A DNA stretch of 63,488 nucleotides, counting the filler, from Reclinomonas americana ATCC 50394 (lineage: Eukaryota): the NCBI GenBank assembly GCA_048213135.1. It is 10 parts of 6 records of this genome, joined end to end, with 100 filler letters (N's around TTAATTAATTAA, not from the genome) between each part and the next. Parts side by side here need not be neighbours in the genome. Positions count along the whole stretch, not along the records: positions 34,707 to 45,856 come from PS015730.1; positions 45,957 to 53,298 come from PS015730.1; positions 53,399 to 56,722 come from PS015732.1; 7 more parts are not named here. One strand, 5' to 3'. Positions 40,701 through 53,436 of the stretch are shown here, one piece after another; within the stretch, counting starts at the first letter, position 1; each line of letters starts with the position of its first letter. The notes below the pieces were generated by a model, which saw only the letters and a list, made by a program, of their open reading frames with translations, searched no databases and was not told the origin of the DNA. The position numbers and the translations under genes are program-made.

Positions 40701-43700
40701 ACACACACACACACAAATTACACACCGTGACTCCCGTCAGAGTGGAATCGGCCGACACCGTGAAAATAGCACCGCCTTCGTCGCCAGTGTTGTCGGCGAG
40801 CGTCGAGTCCGTCATGTGCAACTCCGATGACGACGAGTACACGGCACCACCTATTGCGATACGTGAGTGAGTGTGCCATCTTACAAACCTTGTGCAGACC
40901 GTTCCCACGAGCACAAACCACTCGAGGCCGTGTTCCGGCGAATGTCTGACTTGGTGAGCGTGGCCGTCGCCTGTGCCAGCAGGTACATGAAACCGCCTGC
41001 GAGCGCGTACTTTTTTGTCAGCCGTCACACACACAGATATCCACAAATGCACACACGCGAACCATTGACGGCCTTGTTCTGCGACGCTGAGATCAGAGTG
41101 CCGGTGACAGTGGCGGTGGTGGAGTACAGCCCGCCACCACTCTCTAGAGCCACATTGCTGAAGAACGTGCTGTCGATAATCTCGAGAGCGCTGAAGAAGC
41201 GCACCGAGGCGCCGGCACCCTGCACAGCCGTGTTCTTCTCCAATTGCGACACCGAGATAACCGCCAGACACTGATGACAGTCAAAAAATAAAGAGGACGT
41301 GAGAGCGACGCTTGTACAGCGATGTGCTAACTCCTGAGGATTACCTCAGACTCCAAATCGATACCGCCACCAATAGGAGCGTCGTTTGCACGGATCAACG
41401 TCGACGACAGTTCCACACGCGACGTGTCAAGCGCATCACGAATCGACATGCCGCCACCCGCCTGTGTGGCCTTGTTCGACACAATCTCCGAGCGCATAAT
41501 GTGCGGAGCACTGCGTCGCACGTAGACGGCGCCGCCGCTGCGTAGGCGACAGATGAGCAACGTGCACAATAGCAGCGATCCTGAGAGACGAACGCAACTT
41601 GATCGCTGTGTTGGAGGACGCAATCAAGTTGTCCACCACCGCCATGCTACCCGAGGAGATTTGCAGCGCACCACCCATGCTTCGTGTGGCAAAATTGCCA
41701 TTCATGGTCAGACTCGTGAATGTGCCCGCACCGCCCAGCAAGTACACGGCACCACCTGCCACATTTGCGCGTGCACATTTTCTTCAGCAACAATAAAAGA
41801 AGGATTATGTGTTGTGTTTGATCTGCAACGCACCACCATCGGCTGGCTCCGAGGCCGCCTGATTTCCGACAGCGGTGTTGCTGGTGAACGTACAAGTCGA
41901 AACCACCAGCGATGATCCGGTGGCATACAGCGCGCCACCGCGGTCTGCCGAATTGCTATCAAATGTGCTGTGGTCGATCTGTGCATGGGAGGACACAAAG
42001 TATCCTGCTCCGCCAGTCGTCGCGTAGTTGGCTGTCGAGGCATGAAAAAAGTGAATTGCGCAAAAACATTGCAAGCGAGATATTTCACACACACTGGCGC
42101 ACCACTGAACGCGGAATTTGATATCACAGGACTGGAGGTGTCCACGTATACGGAGCCACCAGAGGTTGCCGTGTTGTTGTCAAAGGTGCACTGATCAAAC
42201 ACAGGTGTTCCAGTGGAGACGCAGTGCACGGCTGCGCAAAAAACAAACAAACAACAACCAGTAGTGAGTCTCGCAGCCACTACACGACACATGCGTAGAA
42301 GAAACAAATACGAACCACCACCCAGCACACTCTTCGACTGCTCGATCTTAACTCGTTGCAAGAGCGGGGAGGCGCTGCCGGCCACGTACACCGCACCACC
42401 GGACACGGTAGTCACCGCGTTGTTAATGTTGACGTCGCGGATGACTGGCGATGCCGTGTCGGTGAAAATGAGGGCACTACCGCGCGTGCCCAGAGTGTTG
42501 ATAATCGACAGCTGACTGATGATGGTATTCGGTGACTCGTTGGTAAAGATGAATCCACCAAAGAGACCGACACCATCGATAAACGTCTTGTCAGGCCCTG
42601 CACCCACCATCTGTGCACACGCGCAGCAAACGGTCAGCACGAGACAGACAAACTGGTCGGACTGGCAATCAGCAGCAGCAGACCTCTAGCGCTTTTCCGC
42701 GGGTGCGCAAGTTGACATTGCGGCCGGCGGCGAATACACCCTCGGACACAAAGATCTTGCGTCCAGGCAGCACCGTGTCAATGGTGAACTGCAGCGTGCC
42801 ACACGGGTTGCTGTTGACAAGTGGAGGAAGAATTTGTGAGAGAGGAGCACTTCGACGGCGCGTGGAGGGTTGAGCGCAACTCCTGGTTGCCGCAGCACGA
42901 GGCGTCACTGCCAGTGGCCGACACGTACACATTGTCGAAACTCGGATTGAGAAGGGTGCGCATGAAGAACGAGGTGGGTGTGTAGCGCGCCACCAGGTAT
43001 CCGTTGCAGCCGCGCAGCAGCTGGAAGTCGTTGACTCGGTAAAGGAATGTGAGGACAGTGTAGTCTACCACCATCGTGGTGTCGATGGGCGTGGTGAACA
43101 CGACATCCACCAATCTGCGACAGGGGGCGATGAGCAAGAAAAAACAACATGGAGAAGCGAGAATGCGGCGCGAGACTCACCCATCCAGGTTTACGGTGCC
43201 GCTTACGTCCAGTCGAGAGACGGTAGTGGCTGTCACGGAGAGCACAAACAGTGATTCTGGAGACATGTACCAGTCGCCGACAACAGCAAGGGTGCCAATC
43301 GGCTCAATCACGCCGCCATTGTCGATGCGCAAGTCACCAATCAGGCGACCAGGTCCTCTGCGGAATGCGCGGACAAAGTCAACAAACACAACAAGTGACC
43401 CACTGCTCCATCACACACCCCTCCCGACGCAACTGCAAGCGGCCGGCGTTGCGTACTTGCAAACCGGTACCGTCCACGCGAAGCGTGCCGATTGTGCTCA
43501 GGGATACCGTGCCCGTCGTCTCCATGGTCGAGTCAGTCACGTGGAAAACACCAGCGGTGCTCCACTGCACCGAGCCGGTGGCATCATTGAAGATTTGCAC
43601 GCCGCGCGACAGCACCTCGTCGGTGGCCATTGGCAAACTGAACATCAGCGTGCCACTGTTGCGCACGGCCACAGGCGTGCCAGCGCTGTCGAACCACTGC

Positions 43701-45692
43701 ATCGTGAAAGGGGACGAGAACACGCACGTCGCCATCTGGATTGCGCGACTATCAGCGGCACGACTTGCAAATAACAACGAAACACAGGATGACAAACCGC
43801 TTTCACGTTGATCGTGGCGGCGTTACGCATGAGCAGCACACCGGTACCGGTGAACTGGCACTGATTGTCGATAATCACAGTGCGTGCGTCGACGTACTTG
43901 GTGACACTACCCTCCATCACAAAGCTGGTATGGGACTCGGTCACCGCGGCACCCTTCAGGCCGCCCGATCGCCACCGCAGCTCTGTCAGCACATCGGTGC
44001 GGAGGTCGGCGGACAGGAATCCTCCGTCGAGCGTCAGCTTGTCCACTTGTAGTGGATCTCCTCTGTGGTGCGTCGCGTGAGTACAGGGGAAAGTCAGCGA
44101 CACATGATGTGAGAGAATCGAAAAAAACGCACCCATTGAAGTTCGCCGTGCCGGCCACAATCAGAGTCTGCAGTGAAATCAGCGACTGCGTGGAGCCGGC
44201 GTCCACCAGCAGCGAGCCGCCCGTGAGGACCGACACATTTGGCCCAAAGGCAACAATGGTGGCACCGGGGATAAACTGTGCGCACGACATCGCTTTTAGC
44301 CTCCAAAGAAAAAAACAAACGAGGGCGGAACAACACCGACGCATGCACAGACCTCCAGCGTAGCGGGCGTGTTGCGTGTGCTGCCAATGATGATGTTCGC
44401 GTTGATGGAGACAGCGGTGATGAAGCCCAGTGAGCCGTCATTGATGACCAGCGAGTCGGAAATCGTAGCCGATGCAGTTGTGGTGGCGCGGACGGAGAAT
44501 CGATGACTGCGCGACGAACCCGGACCAGCCACAGCCGCGGCGTACTTCGCCGCCGGTGCATGCGAGGCGCTCACCAAGAATGCAAAACCGCCTGCCGGTG
44601 ACACTCCTTCCTCAACGGCGGCCGGCGCAACGGGGATCGAGTACGGCGGCAAATCCGCGTACGATGTGACCGTGTCGACAAGAACGATACCACCACCCAG
44701 CGAGACGGAATTAGAAGCCGTCAAAACTGCGACACGGATTGTTTGGCAACACGTACGCAGGGCCACTAGAGAAGAACAAATTCACGTACCACCGCGAATG
44801 AGCGTGAAGCCACCATCGAATCCCAGCGTGCCAGCCGACAGTAGGGAGGCCGCAGGATCAAACACAAACTCGGCACTGCTGTCGGTGGCGCGCCCGATCG
44901 ACAGCTGCGAACCGCTGACGCCTGTCACACTGCCGCGGATACTGCCACCACCGAGGAGTGACAAGTGCCCTCCGGCCGCGGCCTGCAAACCAACAAAGCA
45001 AAACATGTATCACAGTCAGTGGTCACTCAGTGCCTGGAAAGTATGGGAACCAGAAACAAGGGACGTGTGACGCAACAGTCATGCTGCCGCCCGTGTCCTG
45101 ATTGACAAATCCGCTCAGCCGCAAGTGGCCAACAGTGGCGGCGGTGACGGCAGCTGCAGACGCGTACACGTCGAGGCCGAACACCGAATCCACACTGGCA
45201 CCGTTCTTGACCAACGACCCGTTAGCGTTGACAAAGACAGCCGAAACAGTGCTCGCAGCTGTTTGCACACACAAAAGGGCAGAGGGCGATTGTTTGTTAG
45301 ATGCAGCAATAGAGTATTATTGCTCGACACATCGACTTCGCACTCTCACCTCGATCAATACCAACTCCCGATGTGAGCGACACCACGGCACCGGCCTTGT
45401 TGGTCCAGTAGACCGTCTGCGTGATAGACACCACCTGCGTGTTGGTGAAAGTCGTCGAACCAGAAGTCTCCATCACGGCGCCACGCAGTTCGTGTGCGTT
45501 GCTTCCGTTGACCACCAAGCACGACGGCAGCAGTACTTTGCCGCCCTGCACCACGCCACCGGACCACATGAAGCAGCCGGTGACGGTTGCAGTTCCCGCA
45601 AACGACCATCGCGACGAATCAGCCGTCATTGACACCGTAGTATGAGACAGCGTAGTCGACGCCGACGAAGACACGAACGAGGCTCCGCCCTA

Positions 45693-45730
<38 letters not shown>

Positions 45731-48700
45731 TACATCAGTCTATTGTACGACAAACAGCACAAGGAAACACTATAGAAGGACAAACGCGTCATAAGTGGCG
45801 TACCGACAATGACGAGGGTAGTGACGCTCATCGTGCACATGCCGGCAGTCAGGGAGNNNNNNNNNNNNNNNNNNNNNNNNNNNNNNNNNNNNNNNNNNNN
45901 TTAATTAATTAANNNNNNNNNNNNNNNNNNNNNNNNNNNNNNNNNNNNNNNNNNNNTATGAAGGCAAACGCGTCATAAGTGGCGTACCGACAATGACAGG
46001 GTAGTGACGCTCATCGTGCACATGCCGGCAGTCAGGGAGACCGCTGCCGATGAATCGAGAGTGGCCGTGGTGATGAATGGCGCTGCAGTCACAGGTGTGG
46101 CCAGTATCGTCAACGACGCAGACGTGAGGGCACTCAGTGTGGACACTTGTAGTGTCAACGAAGCCGAATTGCTGCACCGTCGGAGGGGAAGATTTTAGCA
46201 TGCGCAAAGGAGACTGATGCACTCAATTACCGGAATTCAACGCAACTTGACCACCACCTGACCCGAGGTCTGCAGAGCAAGACTTCCGGCAAGAGTGCAC
46301 GTGCCCGAGATCGTGAGAGTACCACTGGTGTTGACATTCACCGAGCCAGCCAGCAGTACCGTCGACGCCGTGGCAGCGGTAAGACTGCCACTCCCAAGAA
46401 CGCTGAAAATCGAAGTCGCAGAGTTGGACTGCAGAGTCGCCGACGCCATCAAATTGACAGCAGCACTCGTGTCGACTGTGACTGTGCCCGACGATCGCAC
46501 GAGCCCACTGGCGGACGTCACTGCCACAGTGGTTCCGACGGCAGTCACCTGCATTGCGCTCGTGGCTAGCGGCACAATTTCTGATGAGCACACACACGCA
46601 CACACTGACAAAAGAGTGCGAATACATACCGTCGGTCACGTCGACCAGACCGGAGATGGTACACGACGTACTCGCAATCAGACGACCACCGTTTCGAAGG
46701 GTTACCAGATTGGCCAAGGAGCACGATGACAGGGCACTGACTGTCGACGGCACTGGCGACAGTGTCATGAGTCCCTTGTCCACGATAATCGTTCCGGTAC
46801 TAGCAAACGCCGTGCTAATGGTCGACGTGGCCGTGGCCACCAAGTGCTGCAGCAATCCGTTGTTGATCACCGTGCCGAGAGAACCTGTCGTCGACGACTG
46901 GATGCGCAAGCGTGGAAACTTGGGTGAGCGGGAGAGAAAATGAGACTCGCAAGCAGACACTCACCAGCTTGATCGTGGTTGCGCCGGTCGCCACGGTGGT
47001 CACGGCGCTATTTGACAATGTGATTGTGGATCCATCAACAACCAAAACTGGACTCTCATAGAACGAGACCGTTGCCGACGCCGAGACCGACACTGTACAA
47101 ACAAATGAATATATATATATATGAGTGAGCGTGCATCTGGGAGAGTGGGGAGGGCGATCACTTCCGCCACTGACCGTTGAGTAGCGACTTAGTATCGCTG
47201 CCACTGTGGATGGACCACGCACCCGAGCAGGCAATTTGACCCGGTCCGTTGATGGTGGCACTTGCGAGATCCCAAGCACCGCTCACCGTCAGCGCCGGTG
47301 CACCCGACAACATGTTCCACGTCGCACCGCCGAGAGTCTCCAGCGTGGCGACGCTGCCAGTGGCCGGCGCCCAGTCAACCCGCGAGCCTGTGGCCGACAG
47401 ATTGGCGGCAGTCACCGTCGACACAGTTCGCATGAGTAGCGTTGCGGTGGAGCCCGTCGCGGTCACGGTGCCTACCGCAATGCCTGCCACTGCATTGCAG
47501 GCACGCGCCGACGGCGCCACATCCACTGTTGACCCGTTCGTAATTGACACAGTGTTTCCAAGGTGCGTCAGACAGTCGCTGGCGCTCGACACTGTGTCGG
47601 CGTACAGATTCAGACGCGACGAGCCGTCAACTGTGACAGCAGCTGCGCTTGTCGACCACGAGCCGCTCACGGTGGCCGTCGAGGCACCCGTCACCTGCAC
47701 CACTGCCAGATTGCTCACACTGCAGCCGGCGGCCATTGTCAGTGTGGATGCACCCTGGAGCGACAGCGTGCCACTGCCACTGAATCGCCCAGGTGCAGTG
47801 GCCACGACAGACGCCGCCGCCACTGCACGCACTTCGCCAGCACCCGTCCACACACCGTTGCCAGCCGCAACGCCGCGCAACATCAGCACCACTACAGGCA
47901 CGCAGCATGAGCCAACAAAGGGAACGAGAGAGAGTGAAAGAAGAACAGGGGGAAACAAAACGCACCTCCCGGCGCAGTTCCAGCCGAAACTGTGCCCGAG
48001 TTCCGCAACGACAGGTACGAAGTGACGCTGACATTCCTCACGTCCAGCAACCCGGCGGCCTCCACACACCACGGCACGTACACATCGACTTGCGCACCGG
48101 GAGTCACCGCCGTCACGGATCCGCTGATTACTTGAACCAGACACGCAGAGGAGAGAGGCATAATTGTGCCTTGCAAAACCACAGACGTTGCACCTGCACG
48201 CGCGCCAACGCACGGCATTCAGTGCCACAATTGCAAAAGAAACTGGCGCACACACATTGACTGACCTTCAAAACGCAGTTCAGCAGCGGCAGCGTTGACC
48301 TTGACGGTGGCGGTGGCCGCAAGAGACATGGTGCTGCCCGTGACCACGCGCACCAGGGTGCCCTGGTGCACCACTGTTGTATTCGAGTCGACAATCTTGG
48401 CAAGTGCCGATGTCAGCGTGCCCGTGTTGCCGAGCACCACACTTCCTCCACCCGTCATCGTGCCACCACTCCATTGCATGTCGCTGGAAACCGTCAGCTG
48501 CAACATCACACAGGCGTGAGAACACGAAAGTACAAAAAAGCTCACTCACGAGATGGCGCACCTGCGTAGCGACACTCAGACGCGCGCACTCCAGCTGCAG
48601 TGCAAGTGACGCAGTGGTCCACGAGACACCAGCGGTCGACGTCACGACCGCACAATTCAACGTCAGGCTAGTACACGAGAGCGACACACTGGTCGATGCG

Positions 48701-51700
48701 ACTGTCAGAGTGCCATCGGTCTGCACCAGCACGTCACCAGCCGATGCCGTCGCCCCAGTACATCCTGTGACACCGCTGGCAATCGAAACGGCGGCACGAT
48801 TGCTGATGGTTGCCGACACACCACCGATAGAGTTGAAACACGCTGCGGGAGCCGTCCCATCAATCAGAACTTGCGAGCCTTGTCCGTCGACCAGCAGCTG
48901 ACCAGCGTCCAGCAGCCGACCAGCGGAGCGCACGAGCAGTGAACCAGCACCTGCGTACATAAAAATAAGTAAGAGGGCAACAGCGACTAGAACATACATT
49001 ATCAGCAACAACAACGCAACTGGAAATCGACACTGTGGCGGCCGTATTTTGCAGTGTGCCACTGCTGATCACGGACAAGGTAGTACCGGTCACAGAGAGC
49101 TGCCCGCCAGTACTCACAGTCATCAGTGCCGACGATGACACGGACGACAAAACTGCCGAAGTGGGGTAGGTGCCGAGAGTGGACAGCAGCTGCAGAGTGG
49201 CCGGAGATCCCGACACTGTCACCGAGGCACCGGCTGTGGAAACGCTAAGGCCGCCAAGTACGCGAACTGTAGAGGCCACAGACATCGTCGCCGTGACTTG
49301 CATGACACCACTGACAAGCACGCCGGCAGAGATGTCAACAGCACCCGCTGTCACTGACAGCGAGGCGCCACCGCCGCCAGTCACCGTCACAGGGCACGCA
49401 AATTCGAAGCGGTTGCTGGGAGCCACCGCACAGCTGACAGCGCCACTGATCTGAATGGTGCACGTGTCGCCGACGCGACCTGCAGTGTCGAAAGGCGTAC
49501 ACAAAAGAAGGACACGGTCAGCGCGGACACCACTACGCAGAACACGCGACTCACTCACCGACAGAGCCGCTCTGTGCCACCAGCTGACCCGAGGCGGCGA
49601 TCACCAGGCGGGAGGCATCAGTCAGCACCATCTGTACGTTCGAGAACTGGGCCGTCGCACCAGCGCCGACCAGCAACTGTGATAAACAGCACAAAAGTGA
49701 GGATGATGAGACACTGGGTTGAAGGAACATTATTGACGCCTCCGCTCTCACCGTGCTTCCTCGTGACACGGTTCGCACTGTATTGTCCGACACGTTGAAG
49801 GAGCCGCCAATCACCGACAGAACGCCGCCACCGGAGAGTGTACCGCTGCTCCACACAAGCGATGCCGTGGTCCACGAACCCGTGGTCCACAACGCCATGG
49901 TTGACGACGATAGAGTCGTGGTCGTCCCGACAGAGATTACGCCCACAGAAGCTTGCGCCGCCCACCGGGTGGCGAGCACGCGCAACTGAACCACGGCCGC
50001 ACGAACATCTACAAGCAAATGATGGGGTGAGACAACATCAACAGCTGAGTTTCAACATCGACAAACAAACGCACCTGACGGATCGAATAAAGTGGAGACG
50101 GCGGTGGACAGGTCGCCAGTCTGCAGACACGCCAGACTGCCGCAAGCCACACTACCGCTGGCAGCCAGCCCCAGAGATGGCATGGCAATGGCAAATGCAG
50201 ATGAACCACTGGTGGAAACCGAGCCCGCGGTGGCACCAGTGACGCAAGCCACGGCCAGTGGACCCACCGCAAGCACTGCATTTTGACTCACGGACACCGT
50301 CAGGCCAAGAGACGGTGCGCAACCGCCTTCCACACGCAGCAGCGCGGAGCCGCTGACTGTGGTACTGCCTTGCAACTGCAACGTTGCGCCACTGAGAACG
50401 CTACTTGTATCGGTGACCGTCATTTGACCGCCAGACGCCACAGAGAGCGCGGCGGTACCAGAAGTCTGCAGCGACGCCGAGTTGTTGACCAGCAAGGAAC
50501 CAGTGGCAGAAACCGACATGGTGCCGAGCAGTGATGCCGATGTACTGTTGGACAGCGCCAGGGCGCCACTGGCTGAGACACTGCCGGCGACCGCCACTGT
50601 AAAGGTGGATGCACCAGTGCTGCCATCGACGACTGTCATTGAGCAGCCTGCGGCCACTGACAACTGACCAGTGACTGACATAGTGCCGCCGACCAGGCCA
50701 CTGCACGACGAACCACCGGTGGCTTGCAGCTGACCAGCAACAGCAATTGCTCCGGTAAGACGTACGTTGAGCGACTGGATGGCAACTGACGCGCCGGCCG
50801 CCACCGTCAACGGACAGGTCACCACCGAGTTGGAGCTGGTGGCGGCCGAGAACACGACTGATCCGTTGATCTGAATGCGAGATGTGCCAGAGCAGCTGAC
50901 GGTTGCCAGTGTCGCCGCCGTCGCAGTGACGCCACTCTGCACCGTAAGAAGAGCGCTGTCCGCAAGTGCCAACTGCGACCCGGTCGATGCGCCAGCAGAA
51001 AGTGTAACACTGCCTGGTGACGCCACAACAATCGACATGGCACCGGCAGCTGTCTTCACCGCTGTTGTTGTAATCTGCACTGCGCCAGTGCACGACAATG
51101 AACCAAAGCCAGACACCGTACCCGCACTCCACGATACTCCGACCAGTGTACCCGCCACGTCGACCACGAACGACGAAGTGGTCGCATTGAGAGTTGAGAG
51201 AACAGTGACAGAGAGCAGTGGATTCGCCGGGGACGCGGCAGGTGCTGAAGACGCTCCGGTAATGACCGACACGCCGCTCGCAATGTTGCTTGCCGTGTCT
51301 GTCTCCAGCGCCGGAATCGATGGCGTGACAATCATCGCACCTGACACAGTAAGCGAGTCGATGGTGAAGGTGGACGACTGGGCCGCATAGGCCAGACGGC
51401 CAGAGGAGGACACAGACACTGTCGTGGCTACGACGGCACCACCGACACCAGTGCACGATTGAACCGATGCGGCCACACCCAAAACGCCAGCAACGGTCAC
51501 CGACTGACCAATGGTACCAACGCATGTACCAGCAGTGCGCAGAACAAGCGCACTGCCGGCTTGCACATCGATCGACAGACCGAGGAACGGTAGTGTGCCC
51601 AACAGGACGGCAGTGGAAGAACCCTGCATGGATAGAGAGCCGCGATTCTCGATGCGTGCACTCAGCGTCGACGTCCATTCCGCTCGCGACAATAGCGTAA

Positions 51701-53298
51701 GCGTGGAGGTCGCAGTGAGTGCATCGAGTCGCCCCTGCACATCAAAGAGTGCGCACGAGATGGTGAGGTTGCCGCGCAGCACAAGCTGTCCGCCGGCACT
51801 GACTCGGAAGACGTTGGCGTCGGAGAAGCACACGGCCGATCGATACGTGGAAGGTGCGAATGGACACGAAGTGCTGCTGGCTCGCACAGTCAGCGAGGTG
51901 CCGGTGTCGACCGTCCAGGTGCCGGCGCCAATGAGGTTGGATCGGGCCTCGACTGTGACCGCACCACCAACGGCCGTGGAGAACTGAGCAGTGCCAACAG
52001 TGTGCTGCAGCGTCTGCAACAACACAACAGCGCCCTGCGAAGCCACCACAGTGCCTGCGTTGTCCACCGCGCAGGATACAAACAGCGAGTCCACCGATAC
52101 GGACTGCATGACGAGCTGACCGGCCACGGTGATGCGACACGTAGCACTGGTGGCACTAGCGGCTGGCGGCGGGAGCCGCGACGCAGCCACCGGCAGAACC
52201 AGCGATAGCGTCGCACCAGAGGACACGGAGACAGCACCGAGACCACTAATGGTGGCGTTCGTGTCACCATTCCACGTGTACGAACCACCAGAGACTACCA
52301 CACTGAGGCCAAGTGACGTATCAAACATGACAGACGAGAAGCTGCCGGAGCCGGCGACTTGCAACGTGCCACTACCGCTGACAACTGAATCACTCGAAAG
52401 TGTAAGCAACTGCGAGACGGCGGCCGTGCAACTGCTAATGACAAGGCGCGAAGCGGTGCCGGAGTCCAATTGATTCACGGCAAGTGCAGTGGTCGCAGGT
52501 GTCACCGGCGAGTCTGCCGTGCACAACGGAGTGCAGCCTGAGTGCAGTCGCACGAAAGACGTGTCACGGAGCATCAGACTCTGCACACTCAGCAGCGACG
52601 ACGAGCAGTGCACGAGCGAGCTCGACAAGGAAAGTGAAATCGTAGCAGTGGCAGACACGGCACCCACAGAGTTGCAAAACGCAAGAGACGACGATGACTG
52701 CACATTGAACGTGGTACCGAGCGTCACTGAGCCACCGTTGAGCACAAAAGAAGACGCCGACTGCACAGAAGTGGTGGTCGGCAAGGTAGTCGAACTTCCA
52801 GTAAGAGCGACAAAGCTGCCGGACGAAGCCACCGTCATTGTGGTGGCGATCACCGCACTGCCAGACGACGATAGCACGGAGTTTGAACCAGAAATAGTGA
52901 GCTGCGACGCACGCAGCGAAGCACCACTGGCCAGCGACACAGATGAAGCTGCCAGTACGTTGACGGACAATTGCGAAGTCGGTGCCATCGAGCCGATGGC
53001 ACCCGACAACACAGCCGACGGGGACGCAGTGAACGTCACAGTGCCGCTGCCGTCAACAGAGGATCCCACGGCCAAGCTCACCGCCCCCGACATCGTCACA
53101 CTGCTGCCTGCATCACTCGTCGTCACCGTCGCTCCCGACAACAGTTGCACACCAGCACTCATCGTTGTACTCGACGACCCACCCAACGTCAATGCGCCGC
53201 TGCTCACAAACTGCTCCGTCTGCGTCACAAATTGACTGCCGCCAGACACCGCCACCGTTCCCGAGCTCGCCACAGTCACCTTCAGCGTCGCCGACAAC
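34707..53298 (-). CDS. Giant cell-surface protein: Ser/Thr/Gly/Val beta-helix (autotransporter-passenger-like) repeats, Pmp-like GGA(I/V/L)/FxxN repeats, Cys-rich repeats, ~7 TM segments and a long Pro-rich cytoplasmic tail; 5' end missing
   Basis: Continuous minus-strand exons across two overlapping contigs. VYVSATGSD..NPCGTLQ..PGRKIFVSEGVF cap; many NTA..GGAVY / FTSN repeats; CGAGE..CTNCPSGSY..CLSCP..C..DRAGILCADC; KILINFAQ; IGVLFQAYRKLYFWWEVFYVLRR and HIALQPF..DNIAE, typical of protist GPCR-related/TRP_C-like multi-TM proteins. Confidence 0.85.
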
Positions 53299-53436
53299 NN
53301 NNNNNNNNNNNNNNNNNNNNNNNNNNNNNNNNNNNNNNNNNNTTAATTAATTAANNNNNNNNNNNNNNNNNNNNNNNNNNNNNNNNNNNNNNNNNNNNGG
53401 GAAAACGACGCTGATTTTCATGGCATGACCAACGTA

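Noticed and set aside
39800..42600. Chlamydial Pmp gene as bacterial contamination
   Set aside because: The region is interrupted by many spliceosomal introns with the same donor types as neighbouring host genes.
45770..46039. ~85-nt direct repeat flanking a spacer
   Set aside because: These are overlapping low-quality contig ends differing by single-base indels. This is an assembly overlap, not a duplication.
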